The notes under the pieces were generated by a model that ran no database searches, was not told the origin of the DNA, and saw only the letters and a program-made list of their open reading frames with translations. A stretch of DNA of 64,000 bases, taken from NCBI GenBank assembly GCA_043228905.1, contig JBHGNT010000008.1, positions 2,356,001 to 2,420,000 on the forward strand, given 5' to 3'. Positions 1 through 13,370 of the stretch are shown in pieces. The stretch comes from Azolla caroliniana. Lineage: Eukaryota; Plantae; Polypodiophyta. The translations under genes and the position numbers were made by a program. How positions within the stretch are numbered: position 1 is the first letter of the stretch; every line of letters begins with the position of its first letter.

Positions 1-39
1 CGAGCATTGTTCATCGGGGAAGCGTAGTTCCTGTCAAAG

Positions 40-51
40 TGGTATCAGAGC
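40..51 (+). promoter_or_regulatory. Primer binding site, tRNA-iMet
   Basis: TGGTATCAGAGC 3 nt after the LTR end CA. Confidence 0.95.
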
Positions 52-54
52 GAA

Positions 55-833
55 ATGACACAGAAAATGGACGAATCGTTGGGAGGCATGTTCAAGCTCA
101 CCGGCTCCAACTATTCCATGTGGAAGTCGAAGATGAGGGACATGATCGTGGTTAAAGATCTTTGGTTTCCGGTCCAGTTCGGGGACAAGAGACCGGACCA
201 AATCGACGCCACGATATGGGAGGTGATGCACATGAAGACAACGACGTACATATGGGGCTTCATCGACATGAGCCTATACAACAACTTCAATGAAGAGAGC
301 AAGGCTCATGAGCTTTGGGAGAAGATCAACATTATGTTTCAAAACAAAAATGCTGTTAACCAGGTTTCGGTATTCCGGAAGTTAGTAAGACTCTGGTACC
401 AAGATGGCTCCAACATGGCGGAGCACATGAATGCCTTCCAGGGGCTAATACACCAGGCAACATCATTGGAAGTACCTCTCGCCGATGAGGTACTAGCGCT
501 ACTCTTGCTCGGTTCCCTCTTGGATAACTGGGAGACGTTGGTTGTCACTTTGGGCAACGCCGGGCCGAAAGGGAAACGGTTATCCATAGCAAGAGTGAAG
601 TCGAGCTTGCTAGATGAGGAGGCGCATCGGAAAGATAAGGATACGAGCTCCGACACCAAAGCGCTCCTTACCGAATCGGAACGCGTAAGACAAAGGAACG
701 GTAGTCCCCAGATCCGGGAGAAGTCGGGGACACGGTCAAAGTCAAGGGGGAGGCCTACTTGCATCTATTGCGACAAGCCGGGACACTTCTAGAAGAACTG
801 TCGGCATCTCCGAAAAGACAAGGAAACCAACGG
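55..833 (+). pseudogene. gag: Copia A gag with CCHC knuckle, TAG at 790, interrupted by element B
   Basis: KLTGSNYSMWKSKM... and CIYCDKPGHF*KNC. Confidence 0.9.
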
Positions 834-1370
834 TGTCGTGAAGAAAACCGGCCAAAGGCGGATTCGGGCAAAAGGGTGCATGAACCAGCTCTTACACGGA
901 TGGACACATGACTTGATATTTTGATGTTGATTCATAAATGGATCAACTGATGTAAATTCTAAGGAGTGCACATTTATCAGGAGGGATTGTGCGTATCTCT
1001 GTCGGAAGGGACAGGGAATAAAGCGATTTGATAGGGAAAGGGGCACCCCCTTTTTGGGGAACTATTTAAGGAGAGGAGGGAAGGAAGAGAAAAAGGATCG
1101 CGCGTTAAGGAGGACGAAGTGTTGTAGGACTAAGGGCCGATCTCTCTCTCCTCCTCCGACCGTCATTCTTTGTGAGTGCTTGGGAGTTCGACGCCTCTGC
1201 TTCGTGGGTAGCCCGTGCGTTGCCAGTAGAGGCCTTTCCTTTTGTGTTTCTCTAGGTCCAGTATTTTCCGCCTGTGTGCGTGAGTAGGGTCCCCGTGTCG
1301 GGCCCATCGCCGCCTTGACGGTTGTAACCATCAGAGTTTGTAATCTTTTGTCATTGTAATTAAGTGTTGC

Positions 1371-3317
1371 TTACCGGGCCGAAATGATCATGAGGGATAT
1401 CCCGGTGGACAGGCGGCTGTCCGGATTCCCTCGGGTGGTGACGCCGGGCATCCACGCGGAGGTGCTTGAGGTGCTGGCCAGATGCCAGACTTGGGAGGAG
1501 TTCGAGCTGCAGCTCCTCGAGAAGTATGAGTTTGATGATTCGCTTCGGCTGTCGAGGCGGGACTTCATGGCGTGGGTGGAAAGCCCCGGAAAGGGGAGGA
1601 ACATGTCGGTGCTCCTCCAGGAGTTCGAAAAAAGGTTCGCGCGGTTGTCGACGCTGGACCAGACGGTGCTCGAAACGATTTGAGTACTACAGTTTGTCAA
1701 GTCGGTGGACACGCTCGACAGGGAAAAGGTGGGCCCCCTATTGGAAACGGATGAAGGGCTCACGACAGACTGGGCCGTGGTAAAACGGGTCTGCAGCCGT
1801 TTCGACAAACGGCGCGATTGGAGCGATGGAAGCTCGTCGGGGTTAGGGCCGGTCTCGGGGAGGAGGCTCGAGGAGCCGGTATCGGTGTCGGCCGGTAGGA
1901 AGGAAGAGACCTGAATCTGGCCAAAGTCGGGGTCGGCATCGAAGGACGTGGTCAAAGGCCCATCCGGAGGAGCGGCTCTGGAGGAGCTGACACAGATGGT
2001 GCGCGACCTACAGATCGCACAGGCCCGGAGAGACAACGACAAACGACCTCGCGACCGGGGGCCGCCAGCTGGGCAGCGGTGCATATGGTGTGACGCGATC
2101 GGTCACATTCGGAAGGATTGCGCGGATTTCGCCGACGCACTTAGGACCAACGTAGTGTACCTCTGGAATGGGCGGGTGCATGCGAGCGAGACCCGGAGAG
2201 CCCTAGAACTAAATACGAGGCGCGACAGAATGAAGAGGTTGATGGAAGAGGCCGCAACACGACATGTTGAAGTCGTTAACTACTCAGTGTCGGCGGGAAT
2301 TCGGGTCGGGGGTGATGAGACTCGGAAGGCGAAGGACTTCGGATTCTGGCCACTAGTGCTAGAAGGCCTCTCCGGAGTTCGACTGAAGAAGGAAGAGGCA
2401 GACCGCGCGGAGCAAAGGGTTCAGGAGATCACCGATTGGGACGATCCGGTCAAAGAGAAAACGGGCTTAGTAGAAGCCGCTTGCCAGAACTACGAGGTTT
2501 TGGTGGAGGACAAACGGGCAGGAAAAGCCGGAGGGGTCGGTCCCCCGCAGAGGTATGAGACCCGGTTCGGACCGAAACCGACCGGTGCCGGCAACCCAGG
2601 TGCGCCGGACGGAAAGAAGCAGGCGGGGTTTCAGTTGAGCACCGAAATCGAAAGGACCACAGACCTGCGAAAGGTCTTGGAGGAACGTATCCTCGACAGT
2701 AAAGTGGAGCTGTCGTTGCGGGAGGTGCTGGAAATCGCCAAGAGGGAAATCCACGACTCCATCGTAGACTTGGTGAAGCGGAAGAGGCTCTCGACGGAGC
2801 CAGAACCGGAGAAGCCGGTGGAGGTGCGGACTACGCACTTAGAAGACGTGGCCCTAGAAGACGAGTTGGCGGAAATCCACTACGCGAAGCTGCATTGGGC
2901 CAGGGCAACTACGGAAACCCCTGTGCGGATTGGCGACGTTCCGAAACTGGTGGTGGCCTTGGTAGACCATGGATCCGAAATCAACATGATGTCCAGGGAT
3001 TTCTACAAGAGGGGTAAATGGCCGATCAACACCAAGCATTGGGTGGAAGATACTCGCGGCGATGCGTGCTACGGAGGAGCTGCATGGTGTGTGGCCGAAT
3101 ATATGCGTAAAGGTCGGTGACATCCTCGCACCTGGTGATTCTCGGCGAACCATACATTACGGCAGCATGCATGGAGACAAAGGTGCTGGACAACGGTTCG
3201 GCGTATGCGTGCGTCAAGAGCCAGGACGGTCGGCATTCCGTCCAATTCATGACCGTACGTCCGAACCATGAGAGGAATCGCGAGACCCTCGGCGGCGACA
3301 ACTGAGGGGATTTTTAG
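1371..3317 (+). pseudogene. gag: Element B gag-protease (stops and frameshifts)
   Basis: CIWCDAIGHIRKDC knuckle and ALVDHGSEIN aspartic protease motif. Confidence 0.9.
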
Positions 3318-6243
3318 ATAGGGCTATCAAGGCGTGGGGCCGCGGTATTCCGGACGTACCGGAAGAACCCCACACGTGTACAATAGGTAGGAAGTTTTGG
3401 TTTTCCGAAAACGGAGGTTGTACTATAGCCAGCGTTAGCGGTCGGGAAAGGAAGTGAGCGGAGGAGCGGCTCAGGGGATGTGGAGTCCTCTCCCCCGACA
3501 AAGAGATCAGCGGCGCCGTGGAAGCGGTCTCTTTTGACGACACCTTGGGCGAGCTGCGAAAGGTGATCAGTGAAGACCTTAGAGAAGACCGGACCGTTCC
3601 GGTTAGTTCGATGGGAATGTACGAAGTCATCGCGGACTTCGGGGAAAGGATCAGATCGGATCGGACAGCCCGCGTGGATACAAAGTACAAGACTGTGGAC
3701 CGGAAGGTGAGGCCAGTCGCGGCACCCTTGCCGGAGGGCAGCAAGGAGCGGATAAAAGGGGTCGCGTTGGACCCAAGTTTACGGAATCCAGCTGGCATAG
3801 GGCACCGGTTCACCGACATAACGCTACGGGAGCTCAAGGTCGGTGGGGGTGGCTTCCTACTGCCGACGGAGGAGGACAGGTTTCAGAGAATGCTCGGAAG
3901 GCATGGGAAAGCCTTCGCGTTCTCGCCGGAGGAGATCGGGTGCGTGGACCCAACGATCGTCGAACCGATGGTGATCTTCACGGTACCGCAGTACCGTGGA
4001 ATCTCAAACCAATTCTAGTGCCGAGAGCTCACATCCCGAAGTTGATGGAGCTTCTGAAGCAAAAGTTGGAGATGGGCATCCTCGAACCGTCAAGTGCCCC
4101 GTATTCGAACCGGTGGTTTACGGTGCCAAAGAAGAACGGCACACTGCACTTCATTCAGGACCTGCAACCGGTCAACAAGGTGACCATCCGTAACGCAGGA
4201 ATCGGACCGACCATAGACGAGTTCGCGGAGGCCTTCGCTGGAAGGTCGATCTATTCGGTCGATGATTTATACTCGGGGTACGACCAGTTCTAGGAGGCAG
4301 TTGAGAGCAGGGATATCACGACGATGCGAACCCCTCTCGGCCTAGTACGGATGTGTACCCTACCACAAGGCGAAACGAATTCGGTGGCGCATATGGTGAA
4401 CGCAATGAACAAGGTGCTGCGGGATTGCATCCCGGACATCACCATGCCATTCTTGGACGATATCCCGATAAAAGGGTGTCCGGTGGATGATGCGGACGAG
4501 ACTGTCAGGCCAAACGGATGCCAGAGGTTCGTTGTGAACCACATCAATGACTGCGAGATGGTGCTGGAGAGGCTCGAAAGCGCATGACTCACCTTCTCCG
4601 GAGAAAAATCGGCGTTCGGGCAATCAGAGATCTTGGTGGTTGGACACCTGTGCGGGCCTTACGGTAGGAAACCGTCTCCAGCAAAGGTAGAGGCCATCTT
4701 TGCGATGAGGAACGATTGCGGGTCGGTCACGGAGGTCCGCAGATTCTTGGGAGCATGCGCGTTCTACCACATCTGGATCCCGTACTACGCACATGTCGCC
4801 GAACCCCTCTACGGACTATTGAAAAAGGGGCATAGCTTTGAGTGGAGGATGGAGCACACGGAGTCGGTACGGAGACTAAAGGAGGCGCTTACGGGGAGTG
4901 GCTCCAAATCGGGAGGTTCCTACGGACGATGACGCCGGACGTAGCATAGACAAGAGAAGAGGCGAGCCGGGTACGGAAGAAGGCGTACCGGTTCTTCCTG
5001 CGGGACAAGTGCATATGGAGGCCCCCAAAGAAGAGAAACGACATCCCGCTCCGAGTAATGACAAAGAAAGAAGAACAGGAGGAACTACTGGCGGCATTTC
5101 ACGAGAGTCCCTGGGCCGGGCACCGCGGAACGTGGGCCACGTTCGAGAAGTTGAAGGAGAAGTACTGGTGGCCCGGGCTGTACCAGGACGTGCATCGGTT
5201 CGTAACGACTTGCGAAAGCTGTCAGATGCACTCCATAGTCCGACACCGGGACGAGCTACACCCGACCTACCCGCCTACGGTCCATTTCAAGTGGATGGTG
5301 GACTTGGTGATGATGCCGATGGGAGTAGGACAGATGCAATACCTGGTGCTTGCACGGGAAGACTTAACGAACCAGGTGGAAGGCCGTGCACTGCAGAACA
5401 AGACAACCGTGGCGGTATGCCGGTTCCTGATCGAAGAGGTAGTGTGTTGGTACGAGTGTGTCAGGAGGATCGTGGCAGACCGGGGAGAGCTGGATGCATG
5501 GGAAGCTGAGGAGCTGTTCGACCGGCTAGGCGTCAAACTCTCCCTCACTACGGCATACAATCCGGAGGCGAACGGAAAGGTAGAACGTGGGCATGGGCCG
5601 ATCGTAAAGGCGTTGGTGCGTGCATGCGGAGGGCAGGTTGGGAATTGGGGCGTGGCTCCTTCCTTACGCACTATGGGCGGACCGAACTACACACAGTTCG
5701 GTGACAGGGTTTATGTCGGCAGAGCTAATGTATAGATAGAAGCCGATCATGCTGGTGGAACAGACAGTTTCTTCATGGGCGGCGGTAGATTGGAAGGACG
5801 AAATGAGCCAGGAGGAGTTGCTGGCGGCGCGGATTCGACAACTCGAGCGGAGGTCGGAGGACATGAAATGGGCAAAGGAAAAGCTGCGGGCGGCAAGGGA
5901 ACGGAACAAGACCCGGTTCAACCAGACGCACCGGTTGCGACCAAAGAAGATCGAGGAAGGTGACTGGGTCTTGGTGTACGACAGCAACCTCGACAATCAG
6001 CACAAGGCGGTGCGAAAGTTCGCGAGGAGATGGTTCGGGTCCTACATGGTGACGAGCGTGAACGACAACGGCACGTACCATCTCGCGGAACTTGACGGGA
6101 CACGGCTAGCAGTACCGGTGGCCGGGAAGCGGATCAAAGTGTTCAAGAAGCGGTTTGAGGACGAGCCGGACCCAGAGGGCGTGGATGAGAGCGACGACGA
6201 CGATCTGTTCGGGCCCGACAAAGAATCAGAGAGCGCCGACTGA
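3308..6243 (+). pseudogene. pol: Element B pol (RT, RNase H deleted at ~4890, integrase)
   Basis: DLYSGYDQF, LPQG, PFLDD, HxxxxxxH...CESC, YNPEANGKVER and WFGSY (GPY/F-like). Confidence 0.9.
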
Positions 6244-6996
6244 AGCCGGTTTTCTTCAGTATCAACCCGTTTCTGGCACATGCCGGTGGATGCGCGGTTT
6301 GGTGGGGGCGGATGTCGTGAAGAAAACCGGCCATAGGCGGATTCGGGCAAAAGGGCGCATGAACCGGCTCTTACACGGATGGACGCATGACTTGATATTT
6401 TGATGTTGATTCATAAATGGATCAACTGATGTAAATTCTAAGGAGTGCACATTAATCAGGAGGGATTGTGCGTATCTCTGTCAGAGGGGACAGGGAATAA
6501 AGCGATTTGATAGGGAAAGGGGCACCCCCTTTTTGGGGAACTATTTAAGGAGAGGAGGGAAGGAAGAGAAAAAGCATCGCGCGTTAAGGAGGACAAAGTG
6601 CTGCAGGACTAAGGGCCGATCTCTCTCTCCTCCTCCAGCCGTCATTCTCTGTGGGTGCTTGGGAGTTCGATGCCTCTGCTTCGTGGGTAGCCCGTGCGCT
6701 GCCAGTAGAGGCATTTCCTTCTGCGTTTCTCTGGGTCCAGTGTTTTCCGCCTGTGTGCGTGAGTAGGGTTCCCGTGTCAGGCCCATCGCTGCCTTGACGG
6801 TTGTAACCGTCGGAGTTTGTAATCTTTTGTCATTGTAATTAAGTGTTGCGTTCTATATCTCTCCTTCTCGCTTCCGTGTGTTTGTGAATCTCTCTCTCCC
6901 TCCCTCTCTCTCTCTCCCTCTCTCTCTCGCTCCTCGGTCCAAGACCCCAGTGGTCCTGCCCCTTCTACACGCATGCGCGTAACAACACGACAACGG

Positions 6997-8380
6997 TACC
7001 GATTCGAAGCGGACACCAGACCGGAACGGTGAAGACCGGAGGGGGCCGGACCGGAAGGGAACAACTGTAATCGCGGCAAGTGAAGAAGAGTTGATGCTCA
7101 TCACTGAGGAGAGTGATCTAAACCTTGCCGGCGACGAGATGACCTGGGTGGTCGACTCCGGAGCGTCGTTCCACCTTACCCCGAACTGGAAATGCTTCTC
7201 ATCCTACTCAACCGGTGATCATGGCTGTGTCCGGATGGGGAATGAAGGTACATGCCGAATTGTCGGCATAGGAGACGTGTGGTTGACAACACCAACCGGA
7301 TGCAAGCTGCTGCTGAAGGATGTCCGACACAATCCGGAGGTTCGTCTGAACCTGATATCAGCTGGTCGGCTAGATGATGAAGGCTACACGGGTAGCATCC
7401 GGAACGGTGTTATGAAGTTCAGCAAAGGGAGTCTGATTGTGGCTCGGGCTTGGAAGGTCAACACGCTGTACCTGATGAATGCCCGGTTATGTCCGGAGGT
7501 AGTGAACGTGGCATCCGACACTGCCGGTGAGCTGTGGCACAAGAGGCTGTGTCACATGAGCGAGAAGGGGATGAAGAGGCTTGCAGAAGACAACCTCATT
7601 CCAGTGAAGAACGTGCACTTGGAGAAGTGCACTGATTGTGTGGCCGGTAAACAAAACCGGACCTCCTTCCGATCGAGGCCACCGATGAGACGTAATGCAC
7701 CACTGGAGTTGGATCATACTGATGTATGTCAAGTGGAGACGAAGTCACATGCCGGATCGCAGTACTTCGTGACGTTCATAGATGACCACAGCCGGAAGCT
7801 GTGGGCCACACCGTTGAAGACGAAGGATAAGGTGTTATCCGTCTTCAAAGAGCTCCACGTGAGAGTGGAAAGAGAAACCGGCCGGAAGCTGAAGGTGGTT
7901 CGAGCAGATAACGGAGGTGAATACCGGGGGCAGTTTGAGGAGTACTGTCGCTCGAAGGGAATCCAGCTCAAATTTACCGTGCCGAAGATGCCGGAACTAA
8001 ACGGGCTGGCCAAGAGGATAAACTGGACCATAATGGAGAGGGTCCGGAGTATGCTGGCACATGCAAAACTACCCAAGAAGTTTTGGGCTGAGGCATTGTG
8101 GACAACGACATATGTGATAAACAGATCATCCTCAGTACCCTTGGACAGAGACACGCCACAGAGAGTCTGGACCAGTAAGGAATTGTCCTACCGGCATCTG
8201 AAGGTATTCGGGTGTCTTGCGTATGTGCATGTAGCTAAGGACCGGAGAGGAAAACTAGATCCAAAGACCCGGCCATGCATATTCCTCGGTTACGACGACG
8301 ATAAGTTCGGCTACCGAGTGTGGGACCTGGTCGACAAGAAGGTATTTCGGAGTCGAGATATTATCTTCATGGAGGACAAG
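6997..8380 (+). pseudogene. pol: Copia A protease, GAG-pre-integrase and integrase
   Basis: WVVDSGASFH, LWHKRLCHMSEKG, RADNGGEY, KLDPK. Confidence 0.92.
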
Positions 8381-10525
8381 GTTGAAGGCAAGGGGGAGGT
8401 TTAGTTGCTTCTATTGTGGGAAGCCAAGGCACTTCCAGAAAAACTGTCGGCATTTCCGGAAAGAGAAAGGAACCTACAATGCCGATTCAAAGAAGGGTTC
8501 GGACCGGAACGATTCGAACCGGAAAGGCTTGGATTGGAAGGGAACGTTGGCAATCGCGACAAGTGAAGAAGAACTGATGCTCATTACCAAGGAGAATGAG
8601 GTAAGCCTGGTTCGCGATGAGACAATGTGGTTGTCGATTCCGGAGCATTGTTCCATTTGACATCGGACTAGAAATGCTTCTCATCCTACAAAGCCGAAGA
8701 TCAGGGTTGTGTCCGGATGGGGAATGAAGGTACCTGCTGAATCGTCGGCATGGGAGATGTGTGGTTGACAACATCAACCAGATACAAATTTCTGCTATTT
8801 AGAAGTCTGACACGTTCCAGAGGTTCGTTTGAACATGATATCATCCGATCGGCTAGATGATGCAGGCTACACGGGTAGCATCCGGAACGGAGTCATGAAA
8901 TTCAGCAAAGGAAGCCTGATTGTGGCTCGAGCCCAGAAGATCAACACATTGTACCTGATGCATGCCCGGATATGCCGGGAAGAAGAAGTGAACATAGCAT
9001 CCGACACTACCAGTGAGTTGTGGCACAAGAGACTGTGTCATATGAGCTAAAAGGGGATGAGAAGACTTGCCGAAGATAACCTCATTCCGGAGGTGAAAGA
9101 TGTGCATCTTGAGAAGTGCACCGACTGCTTGGCTGATGTTAAGAATTAGGTAATTAATTAAGAAAGGGTTAATTAGTACCTAATTATGTGATTAAGTCAA
9201 GTGCGGAAGATTATGTGACATGTGTGTGTATGTGTGTGAGAGGAAGAGAGAGAGAGGAGAGATACACTTATGAACAACACAAGATGGGGGATGAGTAAAC
9301 TAGAGTGTATATTATAAAACATCATCAAATACAAAAATACCATCAGTGAGGTATATATAGATCTCATGTGCAAGGGTGCACATGTGTGAGGAGAATATAG
9401 GTACAACCGTGTAAGTCCTATATTAAATGACCTTGGGAGTGGAGGATCTAGAATATCCTACTTAAGTACAAGGTCCTATTTAAGTTGTTATAGTCAACAC
9501 TTCTAACTAGATTCTATCTAGGTAACTACGAAGTTACATGGTTGACAAACTAACTAAACTAAGTTGAGCTTGATCTCTCAACACGCCCCCTCAAGATCAA
9601 GTGTGAGGCGTCCAACATCCAGCGTTGTTTTCGGCATTGTCCGGCTTTCCATGTCAGCTTCTGTGCAGCTTCCGTCCAGCCTTCGACTTTCCTCGTCGTG
9701 GCAATCTCAGTTCCTCCCCCTCAAGCCGATGACGAAGGCTTGTAGTGTGTGGGCGAGGGTCAACTACTTCCACCCATCGTGGGTTATGAGTCGCTTCGGT
9801 GAAGCTCTCGGGCTCTTTTTAGCCGCTACCTTCATCGCGAAGGCATAGTGATGGGCCATGTACTCGTTGTAGCCATGTCGAGTGACAAGGTTCTTAGTTC
9901 TAGATGAGCGTCGAAGTTTTTTGCTCGCCGATGTGAGCGCCTTCTTTAGTCCGGGTGTACGCATGATGGGTACACTGAACTCACTATCTAGTGAGGGAGT
10001 CGATCCATCCGAATCATTGTCGTCGGGGTGGTTGACTTCGTATTCAGGCATCTTACCTTTGCCTTTGTCCAAGTTCGTACTTGGTCGCGACATGCTTGGG
10101 TTGCGTGGGGGCTCTTGTTGTCCACTAGGCTTTGCCGTAATCCGACTTTCTTTGAACATGTGTTTGAAGCGATCTCCATCTTCTACCTCTTGTTCGGCGG
10201 ATTCCGGGTCGAGCGTAGTCGGAGTTGAAGTTGTCTCTGTTGCGTACCAGGATGCGGACTAGTTGAAGACTACGTCTCGACTTACCTGAACCGCTCAGGT
10301 AGAAGGGTTGTAGCACTTGTATGCCGTCTTCTTGGACGAGTATCCTATGAGGATACATTCCTCCGACTTCGCGTCAGGCTTCTGTCATTGTTAGTTCGGG
10401 ATGCTTCCGAACACCTTGAGGTTCAACAGGATCAACTTCCTTCCAACGAGGAGCTTGTAGGGAGTAAGCTCATGCACTCCATTAGTGGTGCACCGGTTCA
10501 TGAGATAGACGGCTGTGGATGCCGA

Positions 10526-13370
10526 TGTCATGATGTGGCATGTCTAGTGCGAGAAAAAGTAAAAAATTGAGGATCCACACACATTTCACGAATACTTGTA
10601 AAAATGAAAATAAATAAACCTAGGTCACAATGGCATTGAGTGCATGTAGAGGGTTGTAAGTAGGATTTGAACCTTGCACCTCTAAGATAAGAAGAAATTA
10701 CCTTACCACTAAAGCTACTACTAAGTGCTTTAGATGTTCTATATTTCTTTCTCATATTCAGTATTCCGTAGGAAACAAACGAATAAAACCGTGTACACAA
10801 AACCACGGTTTTAAGCCCATGGTTTCCTGCATGTCACAAAGCAAAACTGTGTGCACAGAAACCATGGCTCCAAGCCCATGGTTTTGTGCATGGACAAACC
10901 TATAAAACCCCTAGTATGACTTGTGTAAAGGGGGGGGGCTCAATATGATATGACCATCATCATCACCATCAATAATATAAGCTTCTATTTCTTCTTCTTC
11001 GCATCTATCTTGTAATTATTTATCTACTTCTCAAAGTGTACAATCTTCAATCTTCTCAAGTGTAATAGGTTTTCCTCCAATCTTACATTCACATCGTCCT
11101 CTTCTCAATACCTTGACGGACATCCTCCTTTGTCCAAGACCCCGGTGGTCCTGCTCAAGCGAAGCAAACTTGCACGCGCATCTTCGCGACATCTTTGGTG
11201 AACCCGACGTGAAAGGCGGCAAGGGAGGATGGAGTCGGAAGACGATGACCTCGCAGCGATGGTGGCCAAAGTGGTGTTGGAGTCGGCACGAGTGGTGATG
11301 AGGCGAGAAGCAGCACAACAAGAAGTTGAGCGAGCGGTCGAAAGAGTCGGCCGTTTCAATGGGGACGAAGTCCCATCTTACTTGGAAGCCTGCAACGTGG
11401 AAATGGAGGAGTAAGACGTGGACGAAGCGTTGAGGCTGGAGTTCTTCTGTCGGGCTGTCGCCGTCTGTACGCACGCGGAAGTGAAGGAGCTCCGACAAGC
11501 TCATAGTTCGTGGGAGGCCTTTGAAGAGGCGCTCCTACAGGCATATGGAGGGCGGTGGAAGAGCCAGGGACAGCACGACTTCGACCAGTCGGTAGCATTG
11601 GAAAAGACCCACCGGGGAGCGATGAAGGCGTTCCGAGAGTTCGAGCGACGGCTTGCTCAGCTCCCGGAGCAGGAACAAGGTTTGGTGGGGGCGGATAAAG
11701 TCCTATTGTTCGTCAGGTCGATCGACCGAGCGGAACGGGAGGCCATCGGGATCGAGCTCGAAGACGATGACGGAGCGAATGGGCTTACGAAGGACTAGTC
11801 GAAGGTTGGAAGGGTGTGCCAACGACGAGACAACGAGCGAGCCGAGAAGGCTAAGAGAAGGGGGCGCGACGGCGTGCCATCACAACGGGAAGAGGCCGAA
11901 CGGCAAAGAGAGTCGGCAAGGGTCGGCGTTGGGGCCAGGATTGCGGAGGCGTACGCAGCTCTCGAGGCGATGCTCGAGGAAGAGGAAAGATCGAGGCCGC
12001 AAGCCGAGACTGAGGAGACGGACTTGCCCCACGCGATGAAGGAAGATCGGTACCACGGTACCACGGGTGAGGGTGCGGAGCAAAACACCCTCTTGACTTG
12101 CGGAGATAGAACGGTCAAGGACGAGGCCGAGATACCGATCCTGGTATCGGAACGTTGGGACCAGCGGTTTCGGGCGTGTCAGCCCGAAACCCCGGACATT
12201 GGAGAAGCAAGCCCAGGCGGGGCTTACGCGATCGGTAAGGAGACGACCGCCGACCATGAAGAGCCGGTGGCTACGGACAAGGGCGTAAACCGGACGAGTG
12301 ATTTTTTGAGCCTTCCCACACTTGCTCCCGAGACGATGGCAGTCGGGTCTGAGTGCCCATGTGAGTCCCAAGCGGAGGAAGGCGGCGGCGAGAGACCAAG
12401 AATCACCGATGAGACGATATGAGGAAGGAACAGACGAAAGCTCCCGGACCCGATTCCGGAGAACTCGGCATTCAGGCCCGTATGCCCATGTAAGACCGAG
12501 GAGATGGATGGTGGTACCGAGGAGTCTTGGCACGATGCCAACGAAGATCGATGGGAGATGGCCAGCGACAAGGTCGACGAAGAGACCAAGGAATGACCTG
12601 ATCGAGGACCGAACCGCGCGATGCTCCGATACGGGTGGAGCGTAATCCGGTCGTGGATTGTTCGATCATGGCCGGATTCGGCATAAAGGTGCCGATACGG
12701 GAGAGGGTGCGGGACGAGCCGCCCTCTTTTACATGGGGAGAAAGACCGATCGGGCGAAGGTCAGGAATTGGAAGGAAGGTGATCAAAGGTTTGGAACGAG
12801 TCTGGCAAGGTCGGCATCGGAGCCGAAACTCCGGACATTGGAGAATTAAGCTCAGGTGGGGCTTGATTGATCACAGAGTGGATGCTATCCACCGACACCA
12901 CTAAAAGGGGCGGTGGCCCGGACGAGTCGCCGAAAGATGTTGAGAAATCAGTTACGTCACATCCTATCTGGAGACTTCGGCTGTTTGGCCGACGTGGCAA
13001 CGTAAGACCAAAGAGAAGGAAGATTGAGGCGGGAAAGCAGCAAGGAGAGCGACGACGAGTTCAGAACGAAGACCGGTCCCATGAGATCTTCACACTGATC
13101 CGCCCGTCGGCCCGAGTGCCGGCGTGAGTCCTATAGGAGAGATCGGTGGCGATAGGAGAACGGGACCCGACAATCTGGAGAATGACGAACAGACCCAGAC
13201 GAGAACCGGGCGGAGCAGACTCCCTGATAACCATTCCGGGAGGGAGGAAGAGAGCAGGCCTACGAAGAGGCCAGGAACACGGTACGTCGGTACCACAGGA
13301 GAGGGTGTGGAGCGAGCCACCCTCTCGACTTGTGAAAGAAGGAAGACCAGGGATAAGGGTCAAGGATACG
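10526..13370 (+). mobile_element. Gag-only Phygy-like element F (5' LTR 10526-11191, 3' end lost)
   Basis: TGTCATGA...CGCGACA LTR and tRNA-Trp PBS at 11196-11212. Gag starts at 11229 (GRFNGDEVPSYL) and is homologous to E gag. No pol. Confidence 0.8.
11196..11212 (+). promoter_or_regulatory. Primer binding site, tRNA-Trp (also 20668-20684 and 21138-21154 on minus)
   Basis: TGGTGAACCCGACGTGA is complementary to the plant cytosolic tRNA-Trp 3' end (TCACGTCGGGTTCA-CCA, from memory). It lies 4 nt after the LTR end in all three copies. Confidence 0.85.

Larger units (their letters stand above)
834..6992 (+). mobile_element. Non-chromoviral Ty3/Gypsy element B (Phygy-like), 4-bp TSD ACGG
   Basis: Termini TGTCGTG...CACGACA. 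TSD at 830-833 and 6993-6996, and removing the element restores the Copia frame (KETNGTDSK). 5' LTR 834-~1370 is truncated, 3' LTR is 6313-6992, PPT 6301-6312. Confidence 0.93.
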
